This document shows positions 11,281 to 19,410 of a stretch of DNA of 64,000 nt, in pieces (positions within the stretch are counted from its first letter, which is position 1; the number at the start of each line of letters is the position of its first letter). The stretch is from assembly GCA_039588055.1 (NCBI GenBank), contig JBDHAN010000009.1:257-64256 (forward strand). Direction: 5' to 3'. The notes beneath the pieces are model-generated. The model ran no database searches. It was not told where the DNA came from and was given only the letters and a program-made list of their open reading frames with translations. The translations under genes and the position numbers were made by a program. Source of the stretch: Gemmatimonadota bacterium. Its GTDB lineage: Bacteria > Gemmatimonadota > Gemmatimonadetes > Gemmatimonadales > GWC2-71-9.

Positions 11281-11890
11281 CGACTCCTCCAGCGCGCCCA
11301 GCGTCCCGCTGCTGCACGACCTGGCGCACGTATTTCCCGATCATATCCGCTTCCAGATGGACCCGATCGCCCGGGTCGAGCGATCCAAGCGTTGTGTGCT
11401 CTCGTGTGAACGGAATGACAGAGAGCTGGATCACCGCAGTCCGCGGCACGGCATTCACCGTCATGCTCACCCCGTCCACGGCGATCGATCCGTATGGGAC
11501 CGAGACCTCCGCAACCTCGGTGGGCACCTCGATGTCGATCAGGAGCGCGTCATCCTGCTCCCGAGTCGCCAAGACGGCGCCGACGCCGTCGACGTGACCC
11601 TGCACCAAATGGCCACCGAAACGGTCACCCATCTGTATGGCGCGCTCGAGGTTGACCCGCTCTCCAGCGACCATGTCGCCGAATCGCGTGCGGCCCCTGG
11701 TGGTGACGACCGCCTCGACGTGAAACTGGGAGCCATCGGTCTCCACGACCGTGAGACACGCGCCGTTGACCGCAACACTCTCACCGACGGTGAGATCGGA
11801 ATACGGCGATGCGACGGTGAGCCTCAGCCGCTCCGCGTCGCGAGCGGCGGCGGTCACTGTCCCCAACGCCGTCACAATTCCGGTGAACAT
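11261..11890 (-). CDS. ribE: Riboflavin synthase alpha chain
   Basis: From ATG at 11890 within ORF 11261..12019: MFTGIVTALGTV...GESVAVNGACLTVVE...GSIAVDGVSMTV (duplicated lumazine-binding repeats). Confidence 0.9.
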   Translation of the reverse strand: MFTGIVTALGTVTAAARDAERLRLTVASPYSDLTVGESVAVNGACLTVVETDGSQFHVEAVVTTRGRTRFGDMVAGERVNLERAIQMGDRFGGHLVQGHVDGVGAVLATREQDDALLIDIEVPTEVAEVSVPYGSIAVDGVSMTVNAVPRTAVIQLSVIPFTREHTTLGSLDPGDRVHLEADMIGKYVRQVVQQRDAGRAGGVDAVRND

Positions 11891-12987
11891 AGCTCGCGAT
11901 CCACCACCAGTAATGTATCCGATCCCAGGGCGCGGCGCTCTGTGACGACCCACTTGGACGCCCCATCTAATGTCGTGGGTGTGTGGGGGCCAAAGGCTTG
12001 CAGTCCCCGCCCCAGCCAAACCGGCGTCTGGATCCAGTACACCCGATCGACCAGGTGCTCCTCCAGCAGCGCCGTCGCGACCGTCCCTCCTCCTTCGACG
12101 AGCACGGAGCCGGTGCCGCCCTCACGGAGCCGCTGGACAGCCATCGACAGCGTTGCAGCCGGTGCAACCGTCACCCCGGTGCCCGCCAAATCGCGCTCGA
12201 GTCGGGGGACAACACTGGGCTCGGCGAACACCACCGTCGGCAGGGTTGTTGCGGTCTGCACCAGGCGGAGGTCCCGCGACACGGCCCCCTCTCGGGCGAA
12301 GACGACCCGGACGGGCGGCACGCGCGGTCGGAGGGCACCTCTGACCGTGAGCTCAGGATCGTCCACTTCGGCGGTGCGGCGTCCCACCGCGATGGCGTCG
12401 AACCCTGCCCGAAGCCAGTGGACGTAGTCCCGAGCTGCCGGACCGGAAAGCCACTGCGAGATCCCCTCAAAGTCGGCGACGTATCCGTCGAGCGACGTCG
12501 CCAGCTTGAGTGCGATAAACGGTCTGTCCGGGCGGGCATGGCGCCACAGAAAGGCCGCATTGAGTGCCGCCCCCTCGTCTCGCCCGACACCTTCTTCGAC
12601 ATCCACGCCCGCGTGGCGAAGTTGCTCCGCGCCACCTTGCGCTTCTGGGTCGGGGTCCCGAACCGCGAACACGACTCGCGCCACACCCGCCGCCGCGAGA
12701 GCATCGGCGCAGGCTGCCGTCTTTCCCACGTGCCCGCACGGCTCGAGGTTCACGACGCACGTCGTGCCCGCGGGGTCAGCGCAGGCGGACAGCGCCTCGA
12801 CTTCGGCGTGGTGGCCTCCAAACTCAGCGTGAAACCCCTCCGCGACGATTTGTCCCTCCCGGAGCAACACCGCTCCCACCAGCGGATTGGGCGCCACTCG
12901 TCCCCAGCCTTGACGGGCCAAGGCGAGGGCCCGATCCATCGCCTGTCGCTCTAGCGCGGCCCGATCACTGGATCTCGACGCCGTCAC
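11872..12987 (-). CDS. ribD: Bifunctional riboflavin biosynthesis deaminase/reductase RibD
   Basis: 371 aa. MDRALALARQGWGRVAPNPLVGAVL...HAEVEAL...LEPCGHVGKTAAC (CMP/dCMP deaminase zinc site) plus a C-terminal reductase domain. The GTG at 12987 overlaps purM; an alternative ATG lies at 12939. Confidence 0.9.
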   Translation of the reverse strand: MTASRSSDRAALERQAMDRALALARQGWGRVAPNPLVGAVLLREGQIVAEGFHAEFGGHHAEVEALSACADPAGTTCVVNLEPCGHVGKTAACADALAAAGVARVVFAVRDPDPEAQGGAEQLRHAGVDVEEGVGRDEGAALNAAFLWRHARPDRPFIALKLATSLDGYVADFEGISQWLSGPAARDYVHWLRAGFDAIAVGRRTAEVDDPELTVRGALRPRVPPVRVVFAREGAVSRDLRLVQTATTLPTVVFAEPSVVPRLERDLAGTGVTVAPAATLSMAVQRLREGGTGSVLVEGGGTVATALLEEHLVDRVYWIQTPVWLGRGLQAFGPHTPTTLDGASKWVVTERRALGSDTLLVVDRELCSPEL

Positions 12988-13987
12988 CGGCGACCACCTC
13001 TCCGACCTCGAACGTTTCGACCTTGGCCTGAGCGGCCGCGGACCGCACCACCGACACCGCGTCAGGTGGCACGACGGCGATCATACCCAAGCCCATGTTG
13101 AAGACCTCGAACATCTCTTCGCGACTCACCGACCCGGCGCGTTCGAGCCACGTGAACACGGCCGGCGCCGGCCACGCGTCGGCGCTCACTGTCGCCGCGC
13201 ACCCGGCTGGAAGGGAGCGCCCAAGGTTGCCCGCAATGCCACCACCAGTGATGTGGGCCAGCGCATGAACGCGAGTGAGCGTCGGCGCAACCGCACCCCA
13301 GTAGCTACGATGAATGGCAAGCAGTGCCTCTGCGACGGTCGTGCCCAGGTCCGGAACGTCGCTCTCCGCATCCAGACCCAGCTGATTAAACACGATGTGC
13401 CGCGCAAGCGTGTAGCCGTTGGTGTGGAGCCCGCTGGACGCGAAGCCCACCAGCAGGTCGCCCACACGAACGCGATCTCCATGGAGCGCGTCATTCCCCG
13501 ACACAACTCCCACAATGGTGCCGGCCAGATCGTAGTGTCCGGGGCGATAGAGGTCCGGCATTTGGGCCGTCTCGCCGCCCACGAGCGACATGTCGTGGGC
13601 GCGGCATCCTCGTGCCACCCCCTCGACTAGCGCGGCGACCGTGTCTACTTCGACGTCCGCCGACGCGATGTAGTCGAGAAACGCCAACGGTCGCGCACCG
13701 TGGACCAGGATGTCATTCACGCAGTGATTGACGAGGTCTTCGCCGACGGTGTCGTGGCGCCCGGCCCGAATGGCGACGAGCACTTTTGTACCGACACCAT
13801 CCGTGCTCATGACGAGTGTCGGCTGCTCGACATCGGCCGGCAGCTGGATCATGCCGCCGAACGCGCCCAGGCGTCCGCTCGCCAATCTCGTTCGCGTCGA
13901 CGCAACGGAGGCCTCGATGCGACGTTTGGCCCGCTCAGCCGCGTCGAGATCGACACCGGCCTCTCGGTAGCGATCTGCCGTGCTCAC
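12965..13987 (-). CDS. purM: Phosphoribosylformylglycinamidine cyclo-ligase (AIR synthetase)
   Basis: 340 aa. YREAGVDLDAAE...STDGVGTKV...VNHCVNDILVHGARPLAFLDY...AHITGGGIAGNL. Confidence 0.93.
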   Translation of the reverse strand: MSTADRYREAGVDLDAAERAKRRIEASVASTRTRLASGRLGAFGGMIQLPADVEQPTLVMSTDGVGTKVLVAIRAGRHDTVGEDLVNHCVNDILVHGARPLAFLDYIASADVEVDTVAALVEGVARGCRAHDMSLVGGETAQMPDLYRPGHYDLAGTIVGVVSGNDALHGDRVRVGDLLVGFASSGLHTNGYTLARHIVFNQLGLDAESDVPDLGTTVAEALLAIHRSYWGAVAPTLTRVHALAHITGGGIAGNLGRSLPAGCAATVSADAWPAPAVFTWLERAGSVSREEMFEVFNMGLGMIAVVPPDAVSVVRSAAAQAKVETFEVGEVVAGDGVEIQ

Positions 13988-14023
13988 ATCTCGCCCTTAC
14001 TCGTCCTCAGTCATCGACCGACG

Positions 14024-14947
14024 CTACGGCTCGGGCTCCGGTTCGATGTCGAAGCGCACGAGATCGGAGAACTCGCGCACGCGCGCCGTGACTTCAGCCG
14101 GGCCGATTTCCTCGAGTCGCCGTACGGAGAACCGTTCCACCGCGAACGAGCCCATCGCTGAGCCGTAGACCATGGCGCGACGGAGATTCTCCGACGACAG
14201 ATCGTCCGTGCGAGCGAGGTGGGCCATGAAACCGCCCGCAAACGAATCCCCTGCTCCCGTCGGGTCATAGACCTCCTCCAGCGGATAGGCAGGGATGTAG
14301 AACACGTGCTCTCCGTCGACGAGCACGGCACCATAGACCCCTTGCTTGACGACGACCGTGCGCGGTCCGCGCTCGGCGATCCAGCGCGCGGCGCGATACA
14401 CGTTCCAATCACCGGAGAGCTCGCGCGCCTCGGCATCGTTGACCAACAACACATCGATCCGTTGCAGGAGTCTGAGGAGGGTGGATCGTTTCGACTGAAT
14501 CCAGTAGTTCATCGTGTCGCAGGCCACCAACGTGGGCTGGCGAATCTGGTCCAGCACGTTGAGCTGCAACTCGGGATCGATGTTGCCCAGGAAGATGTAC
14601 CGAGCATCAGTGAATTCCGGCGGGATCTTCGGATCGAATGCCGCAAACACCCCGAGGCGCGTTTCCAATGTCTCCCGATTCTGCAGGTCGTACGAATACT
14701 TCCCTTTCCATCGAAAGCTCTCGCCCTTGCGCCGTTCCACACCTCTGAGGTCGGCACCCTGCTCCTTCAGTCGGTCGAGCGCGTCGGTAGGAAAGTCGTC
14801 TCCGACCACGCCCACGACCTGCACCGGATGGAGAATCCCGGCCGCATAGCTGAAGAACACCGCCGAGCCACCCAGGGCATCCGCGGTTGCTCCGAAAGGC
14901 GTCTCCACCGAATCGAGCGCGATGCTCCCAACGACAAGAAGGCTCAT
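14024..14947 (-). CDS. PfkB-family carbohydrate/nucleoside kinase
   Basis: From ATG at 14947 (2 nt downstream of the argS stop codon 14950-14952) in ORF 14024..15085: MSLLVVGSIALDSVETPFG...DPTGAGDSFAGGF (PfkB signature 2). Confidence 0.8.
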   Translation of the reverse strand: MSLLVVGSIALDSVETPFGATADALGGSAVFFSYAAGILHPVQVVGVVGDDFPTDALDRLKEQGADLRGVERRKGESFRWKGKYSYDLQNRETLETRLGVFAAFDPKIPPEFTDARYIFLGNIDPELQLNVLDQIRQPTLVACDTMNYWIQSKRSTLLRLLQRIDVLLVNDAEARELSGDWNVYRAARWIAERGPRTVVVKQGVYGAVLVDGEHVFYIPAYPLEEVYDPTGAGDSFAGGFMAHLARTDDLSSENLRRAMVYGSAMGSFAVERFSVRRLEEIGPAEVTARVREFSDLVRFDIEPEPEP

Positions 14948-14949
14948 GA

Positions 14950-16566
14950 CTACATCCGTTCCGGCGCGCTCACACCCAGCAACGCCAAGCCGTTCGCGAT
15001 CACGATCTGCGCGGCGCGAGCCAAGACGAGCCGAGCTCGCTCGATGTCCTGACCCGACCCCAGGACGCGGTGGTGGTGATACCACCCGTTGACCATTCTC
15101 GCAACGTCCTCGAGATAGGCGATGATGCGATGAGGCTCGAGGAATTCCGCTGCTTTCTCGACCGTCGAGGGGAATTCCGCGAGGCGCTTGATGAGATCGT
15201 GTTCCACGTCCTCTTGGAGAACTGACAGATCGACGTTCATCGCCGTGACTGTGTCCGGCGCTACCGCGGCTGAGCGGAAGATGCCCGCCATGCGCGTATG
15301 GGCATACTGCACGTAGTACACCGGGTTCTCTTCCGATTGCCTCGTTGCGAGGTCGACGTCGAAGACAAACTGCGAGTCACCCCGCCGCATGAGAAAGAAA
15401 TACCGTGCCGCATCGACCCCGGTCTCCGTATACAGATCTCGCAGCGTCACGAACTCGCCGGCGCGCTTCGAGAAGCGGACCTCCTCGCCATGACGGGTCA
15501 CGCGTACGAGCTGCACAATGACGACTCGGAAAAAATCGTTCGACGCTCCGAGGGCGTTCATGGCCGCTCGCATCCGCGGCACGTAGCCATGGTGGTCGGA
15601 TCCCCACACGTCAATTGCTACATCGAATTCACGCTGCAGCTTCGTGCGGTGATAGGCGATGTCCGGAAGGAAGTAGGTGTAGGTGCCGTCACTCTTCTGC
15701 AGCACTCGGTCTTTCGAGTCGCCGAAGCGTGACGTGTCCAGCCACACGGCGCCGTCGCGCTCGTACACCAGATCCTGCCGTTTCAGCTCGGCGAGTGTGT
15801 CGTCGATGCTGCCGTGCCGATACACGTCCCGTTCATGGTACACGATGTCGAACCGCACGCCGAAGTCCTCGAGATCGCGGTCCTGCTCTTCCCGCTGCAC
15901 CCGTACCGCCATGTCGCGGCACCGGGTTGCACCCTCCGCTTCCGGCACATCTGCAAACGCTCGACCCTCCTCAGCCAGCACTCGATCGGCAAGCGCCTGG
16001 AGGTAGGCCCCCTGGTAGCCGCCTTCGGGGATTTCGGCCGTCCGCCCGACTGCTTGCTGGACGCGCGCCCACAGCGACTGGCCGAGCCGTTCGATCTGCA
16101 GCCCCGCGTCGTTGACGTAGAACTCGCGCGTCACGTCGTGCCCTGTTGCCTCGAGGAGTGACGCGATGGCATCACCGAGCGCGGCGCCACGCCCATGCCC
16201 GACGTGCAGTGGGCCAGTCGGATTGGCCGAGACGAACTCCACGTTGACCCGGCGCCCCGCGGCATCCGCGGAGCGTCCAAACCCGTGCCCGTGTTCGAGG
16301 ATGCGCTCCAGAACCGTGGTCAATGCCGTGTCGGCAAGCCAGAAGTTGATGAACCCCGGTCCAGCGACCTCTGTCCGCTCGACGAGGTCCGGTGGGGGGT
16401 CGAGCGCTTCGACTATCGCTTCCGCAAGCTGTCGAGGGTTGGCACGGGCATGCTTCGCCAGCTGCAGCGCCACCGTGGTCGACAGATCGCCGTGGGAGTT
16501 CTCCCGCGGACGCTCGAGGCGAATCTCCGTCTCCGGATGACCAAGCGCCGCCAGAGCGGCGCGCAA
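14950..16566 (-). CDS. argS: Arginine--tRNA ligase
   Basis: 538 aa. VEFVSANPTGPLHVGHGR (HIGH), the DALR anticodon-binding C-terminus, and ending ...GVSAPERM. The track start is a TTG, so the true start is uncertain. Confidence 0.92.
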   Translation of the reverse strand: MRAALAALGHPETEIRLERPRENSHGDLSTTVALQLAKHARANPRQLAEAIVEALDPPPDLVERTEVAGPGFINFWLADTALTTVLERILEHGHGFGRSADAAGRRVNVEFVSANPTGPLHVGHGRGAALGDAIASLLEATGHDVTREFYVNDAGLQIERLGQSLWARVQQAVGRTAEIPEGGYQGAYLQALADRVLAEEGRAFADVPEAEGATRCRDMAVRVQREEQDRDLEDFGVRFDIVYHERDVYRHGSIDDTLAELKRQDLVYERDGAVWLDTSRFGDSKDRVLQKSDGTYTYFLPDIAYHRTKLQREFDVAIDVWGSDHHGYVPRMRAAMNALGASNDFFRVVIVQLVRVTRHGEEVRFSKRAGEFVTLRDLYTETGVDAARYFFLMRRGDSQFVFDVDLATRQSEENPVYYVQYAHTRMAGIFRSAAVAPDTVTAMNVDLSVLQEDVEHDLIKRLAEFPSTVEKAAEFLEPHRIIAYLEDVARMVNGWYHHHRVLGSGQDIERARLVLARAAQIVIANGLALLGVSAPERM

Positions 16567-16595
16567 CGCGTCGCGGAGCCGATCCGTTGCCGTCG

Positions 16596-16874
16596 TCAGG
16601 ACTCTGCCCCGGTCTTGTTGGCGTCCGGCTTCTTGGAAGCGGAATCTGGTTTCTTCTCGGGAGGCTTGGGCACCGGTGCCTTCTTTTCACCCGCGCGCTT
16701 GTAGTCGGTCTCATAGAAACCGGAGCCTTTGAACACCACGCCAGCACCTCCCGTGATCACACGCTCACCCGGGGTCGCGCACTCCGGACATGTTGCACGT
16801 GTCTGGTCGGTGATCTTCTGAAACTTGTCGTACGTATGCTCGCACTTGGGACAGCGGTAGCTATATGTGGGCAT
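16596..16874 (-). CDS. FmdB-family zinc-ribbon protein with Lys/Pro-rich tail
   Basis: 92 aa. MPTYSYRCPKCEHTYDKFQKITDQTRATCPECA...KGSGFYETDY (CxxC...CxxC FmdB motif). Confidence 0.8.
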   Translation of the reverse strand: MPTYSYRCPKCEHTYDKFQKITDQTRATCPECATPGERVITGGAGVVFKGSGFYETDYKRAGEKKAPVPKPPEKKPDSASKKPDANKTGAES

Positions 16875-16909
16875 GGATAATCGTCCGTAACTACATGAGG
16901 TTGGCGAAC

Positions 16910-18472
16910 TTAGCCCAGCCGACCGCGGCGGTCAAGCGGCCCGCGAAACGTGCCCCACGCCTGCCGCAGGACGTCCGAGATCTCGCCGACGCTGGCGCGG
17001 GCTCGCACCGCATCGAGAATCATCGGCATGAGCGGTATGTCGCTGTGGGCATCCGTGGAAAGGCGGCCCAGCGACTCCCCCCACGCCGTGTCGTCGCGCC
17101 GAGCCCGTGACTCGCTGACGCGCCGGACCTGCACCTCTGCCAGAGACGCATAATCCGGCTCCTCAACAGGAACCGCGTCGTCCTCGTCTGCAAAGCGGTT
17201 GACCCCCACGACCACGACGTCCTCCGCTTCAACCTGCCGCTGATACTGGTAGGCGGACTTCGCAATGGCATCCTGCATGAAGCCGCGTTCAATCGCACGT
17301 GCGGCTCCTCCCAACTCTCCGACTTCCCCCAGCAGTGCTCTCGCCTCGAGCTCCAGCGTCGTTGTCAGACTCTCCACGTAGTGGGATCCGCCCAGCGGAT
17401 CCACGGTCTGGGCCGTGCCAGACTCATGTGCCAGAATCTGCTGCGTACGAAGTGCCAGTCGCGCCGCATCCGCAGACGGCAGTGAGAGGGCCTCATCGTA
17501 GCTGTTGGTGTGCAACGACTGCGTGCCACCGAGGATTGCCGCGAGTGCCTGGACGGCGACCCGCATCACGTTGTTCAACGGTTGTTGCGCCGTCAGCGTG
17601 GACCCACCGGTCTGCGTGTGAAAGCGGAGCCTGCAGCTCCTCTCGCTCGCGCCGTAGCGCTCGCGCAGAAGAGACGCCCACAGGCGCCGGCCGGCGCGGA
17701 ACTTCGCTGCCTCTTCGAACAAGTCGTTGTGCGCCGCAAAGAAGAACGACAGGCGCGGAGCGATGTCGTCGATGGTGAGACCGGCTGCGACGGCTCGATC
17801 CAGATACTCGAGGGCGTTGGCGAACGTGAAGGCGAGTTCCTGAACCGCCGTCGCGCCCGCTTCACGCATGTGATAGCCGCTGATCGATATCGGATTGAAG
17901 TTCATACCTTCGTCGGCCACGAACCGAAAGATGTCCGTAGTCAACCGGAGCGACGGATCGACGGAGAAGATGTAGGTGCCGCGAGCGACGTATTCCTTGA
18001 GCACGTCGTTCTGGATGGTTCCCCGCAGCGTCGATCGATCTCCGCCCCGCTCCTCGCACACCACGATGTACATCGCGAGGAGGATGGCCGCGGTGGCATT
18101 GATGGTCATCGACGTCGACACACGATCGAGAGGAATGTCCTCAAACAGGACTGCCAGGTCGTCCACGGTATCGATGGCGACGCCGGCCCGGCCGACCTCT
18201 CCTTCGGCGACCGGGTGGTCGGAGTCATATCCCATCTGTGTGGGCAGATCAAACGCTACCGAGAGGCCGGTTTGCCCAGCGTTCAGAAGCTCACGAAACC
18301 TGATGTTGGTTTCCTGTGCCGTCCCGAAACCGGCGTACTGCCGCATCGTCCACAGACGGCCGCGGTACATCGTCGGGTGAATGCCGCGCAGAAATGGGAA
18401 CACGCCGGGCGCGTCCGGTCCATACACGCCGTCGACCGGCAGCCCGGAAGGCGAGCGCCGCTCGTGAGTCAC
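16910..18472 (-). CDS. Methylmalonyl-CoA mutase-family catalytic (large, N-terminal) subunit, without a B12-binding domain
   Basis: 520 aa. FPFLRGIHPTMYRGRLWTMRQYAGFGTAQETN...GLSVAFDLPTQMGYDSD...TIQNDVLKEY...FFAAHNDLFEE. Confidence 0.9.
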   Translation of the reverse strand: MTHERRSPSGLPVDGVYGPDAPGVFPFLRGIHPTMYRGRLWTMRQYAGFGTAQETNIRFRELLNAGQTGLSVAFDLPTQMGYDSDHPVAEGEVGRAGVAIDTVDDLAVLFEDIPLDRVSTSMTINATAAILLAMYIVVCEERGGDRSTLRGTIQNDVLKEYVARGTYIFSVDPSLRLTTDIFRFVADEGMNFNPISISGYHMREAGATAVQELAFTFANALEYLDRAVAAGLTIDDIAPRLSFFFAAHNDLFEEAAKFRAGRRLWASLLRERYGASERSCRLRFHTQTGGSTLTAQQPLNNVMRVAVQALAAILGGTQSLHTNSYDEALSLPSADAARLALRTQQILAHESGTAQTVDPLGGSHYVESLTTTLELEARALLGEVGELGGAARAIERGFMQDAIAKSAYQYQRQVEAEDVVVVGVNRFADEDDAVPVEEPDYASLAEVQVRRVSESRARRDDTAWGESLGRLSTDAHSDIPLMPMILDAVRARASVGEISDVLRQAWGTFRGPLDRRGRLG

Positions 18473-19410
18473 CGCACAGCCGTCACGTCGGCTTCGGCAA
18501 CCACACGTTCGACGAACGCCACATCCTCCGACGACCCAAGAATGAGCGGTGTTCGCTGGTGCAAGTCGGTGGGCACGATGTCCAGAATCAACTGGCTGCC
18601 GTCCGACGCGCGGCCTCCGGCCTGCTCCGCGATGTATGCGAGCGGCGACGCTTCATAGAGGAGCCGGAGCTTGCCGTGCGGAGACCGCGTGTCCGCTGGA
18701 TACATGAACACGCCCCCGGAAAGCAGATTTCGGTGAAAATCCGCGACAAGAGAACCGATGTACCGGGCGTTCTTTCGTTCGGAAGGATCCTCGACGCCCT
18801 TGAACATTCGCACCACTCGACGGTAGCCCTCGGTCCAGCGCTGGTAGTAGCTCTCGTTGATCGAGTAATACCTCCCAACCGCAGGCGTCTTGATGTCGTG
18901 ATTCAACAGACGGAACTCGCCGATGATCGGGTCGAGTGTGAAGAGATGCACCCCATGCCCAGCCGTGTAGGCGAGCACCGTGCTCGAACCGTAGATCACA
19001 TATCCTGCAGCGGCCTGACGGCGGCCAGCCTGCAGGCAGTCGGCCAGCGAACCGGGGCCGCTTGCCGTCACCCGACGGTGAATCGAGAAGATGGTCCCGA
19101 TGGAGACATTCACGTCGATGTTTGAGGAGCCATCGAGCGGGTCGAACAACACGGCGTACCTGCCCGGATTCCGCTCCTGCGGAATGAGAACCGGTGCATC
19201 GTCCTCCTCGGACGCCATGACACAGACGCGACCCGAGAAGCCCAACGCCTGTTTCATCATCTCGTTCGCCAGCACGTCCAGCTTCTGCTGCTCCTCGCCC
19301 TGTACGTTGGTCTCGCCGTAGGCCCCGAGCACATCGATGAGGCCCGCGCTCCGCACGTAGCCGGAGATGACCTTTGCCGCTAGCGCGATGTCATAGAGCA
19401 ATCGTGACAA
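18469..19410 (-). CDS. fbp: Class 1 fructose-1,6-bisphosphatase, N-terminally short; it forms the 3' part of the 1049-aa ORF 18469..21618
   Basis: LSRLLYDIALAAKVISGYVRSAGLIDVLGAYGETNVQGEEQQKLDVLANE...VLFDPLDGSSNIDVNVSIGTIFSI...LRLLYEASPLAYIAEQAGG. There is no in-frame ATG/GTG near the expected start. The TTG at 19410 is my provisional start (see findings). Confidence 0.75.
   Translation of the reverse strand: MSRLLYDIALAAKVISGYVRSAGLIDVLGAYGETNVQGEEQQKLDVLANEMMKQALGFSGRVCVMASEEDDAPVLIPQERNPGRYAVLFDPLDGSSNIDVNVSIGTIFSIHRRVTASGPGSLADCLQAGRRQAAAGYVIYGSSTVLAYTAGHGVHLFTLDPIIGEFRLLNHDIKTPAVGRYYSINESYYQRWTEGYRRVVRMFKGVEDPSERKNARYIGSLVADFHRNLLSGGVFMYPADTRSPHGKLRLLYEASPLAYIAEQAGGRASDGSQLILDIVPTDLHQRTPLILGSSEDVAFVERVVAEADVTAVR

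Noticed and set aside
12940-13010. FMN riboswitch upstream of ribD, and SAM riboswitch upstream of metK (2451-2464)
   Set aside because: There is no non-coding space: ribD overlaps or abuts purM, and metK starts 14 nt after ptsI. I recognised no conserved riboswitch core sequence by eye, though an Infernal scan would be the decisive test.
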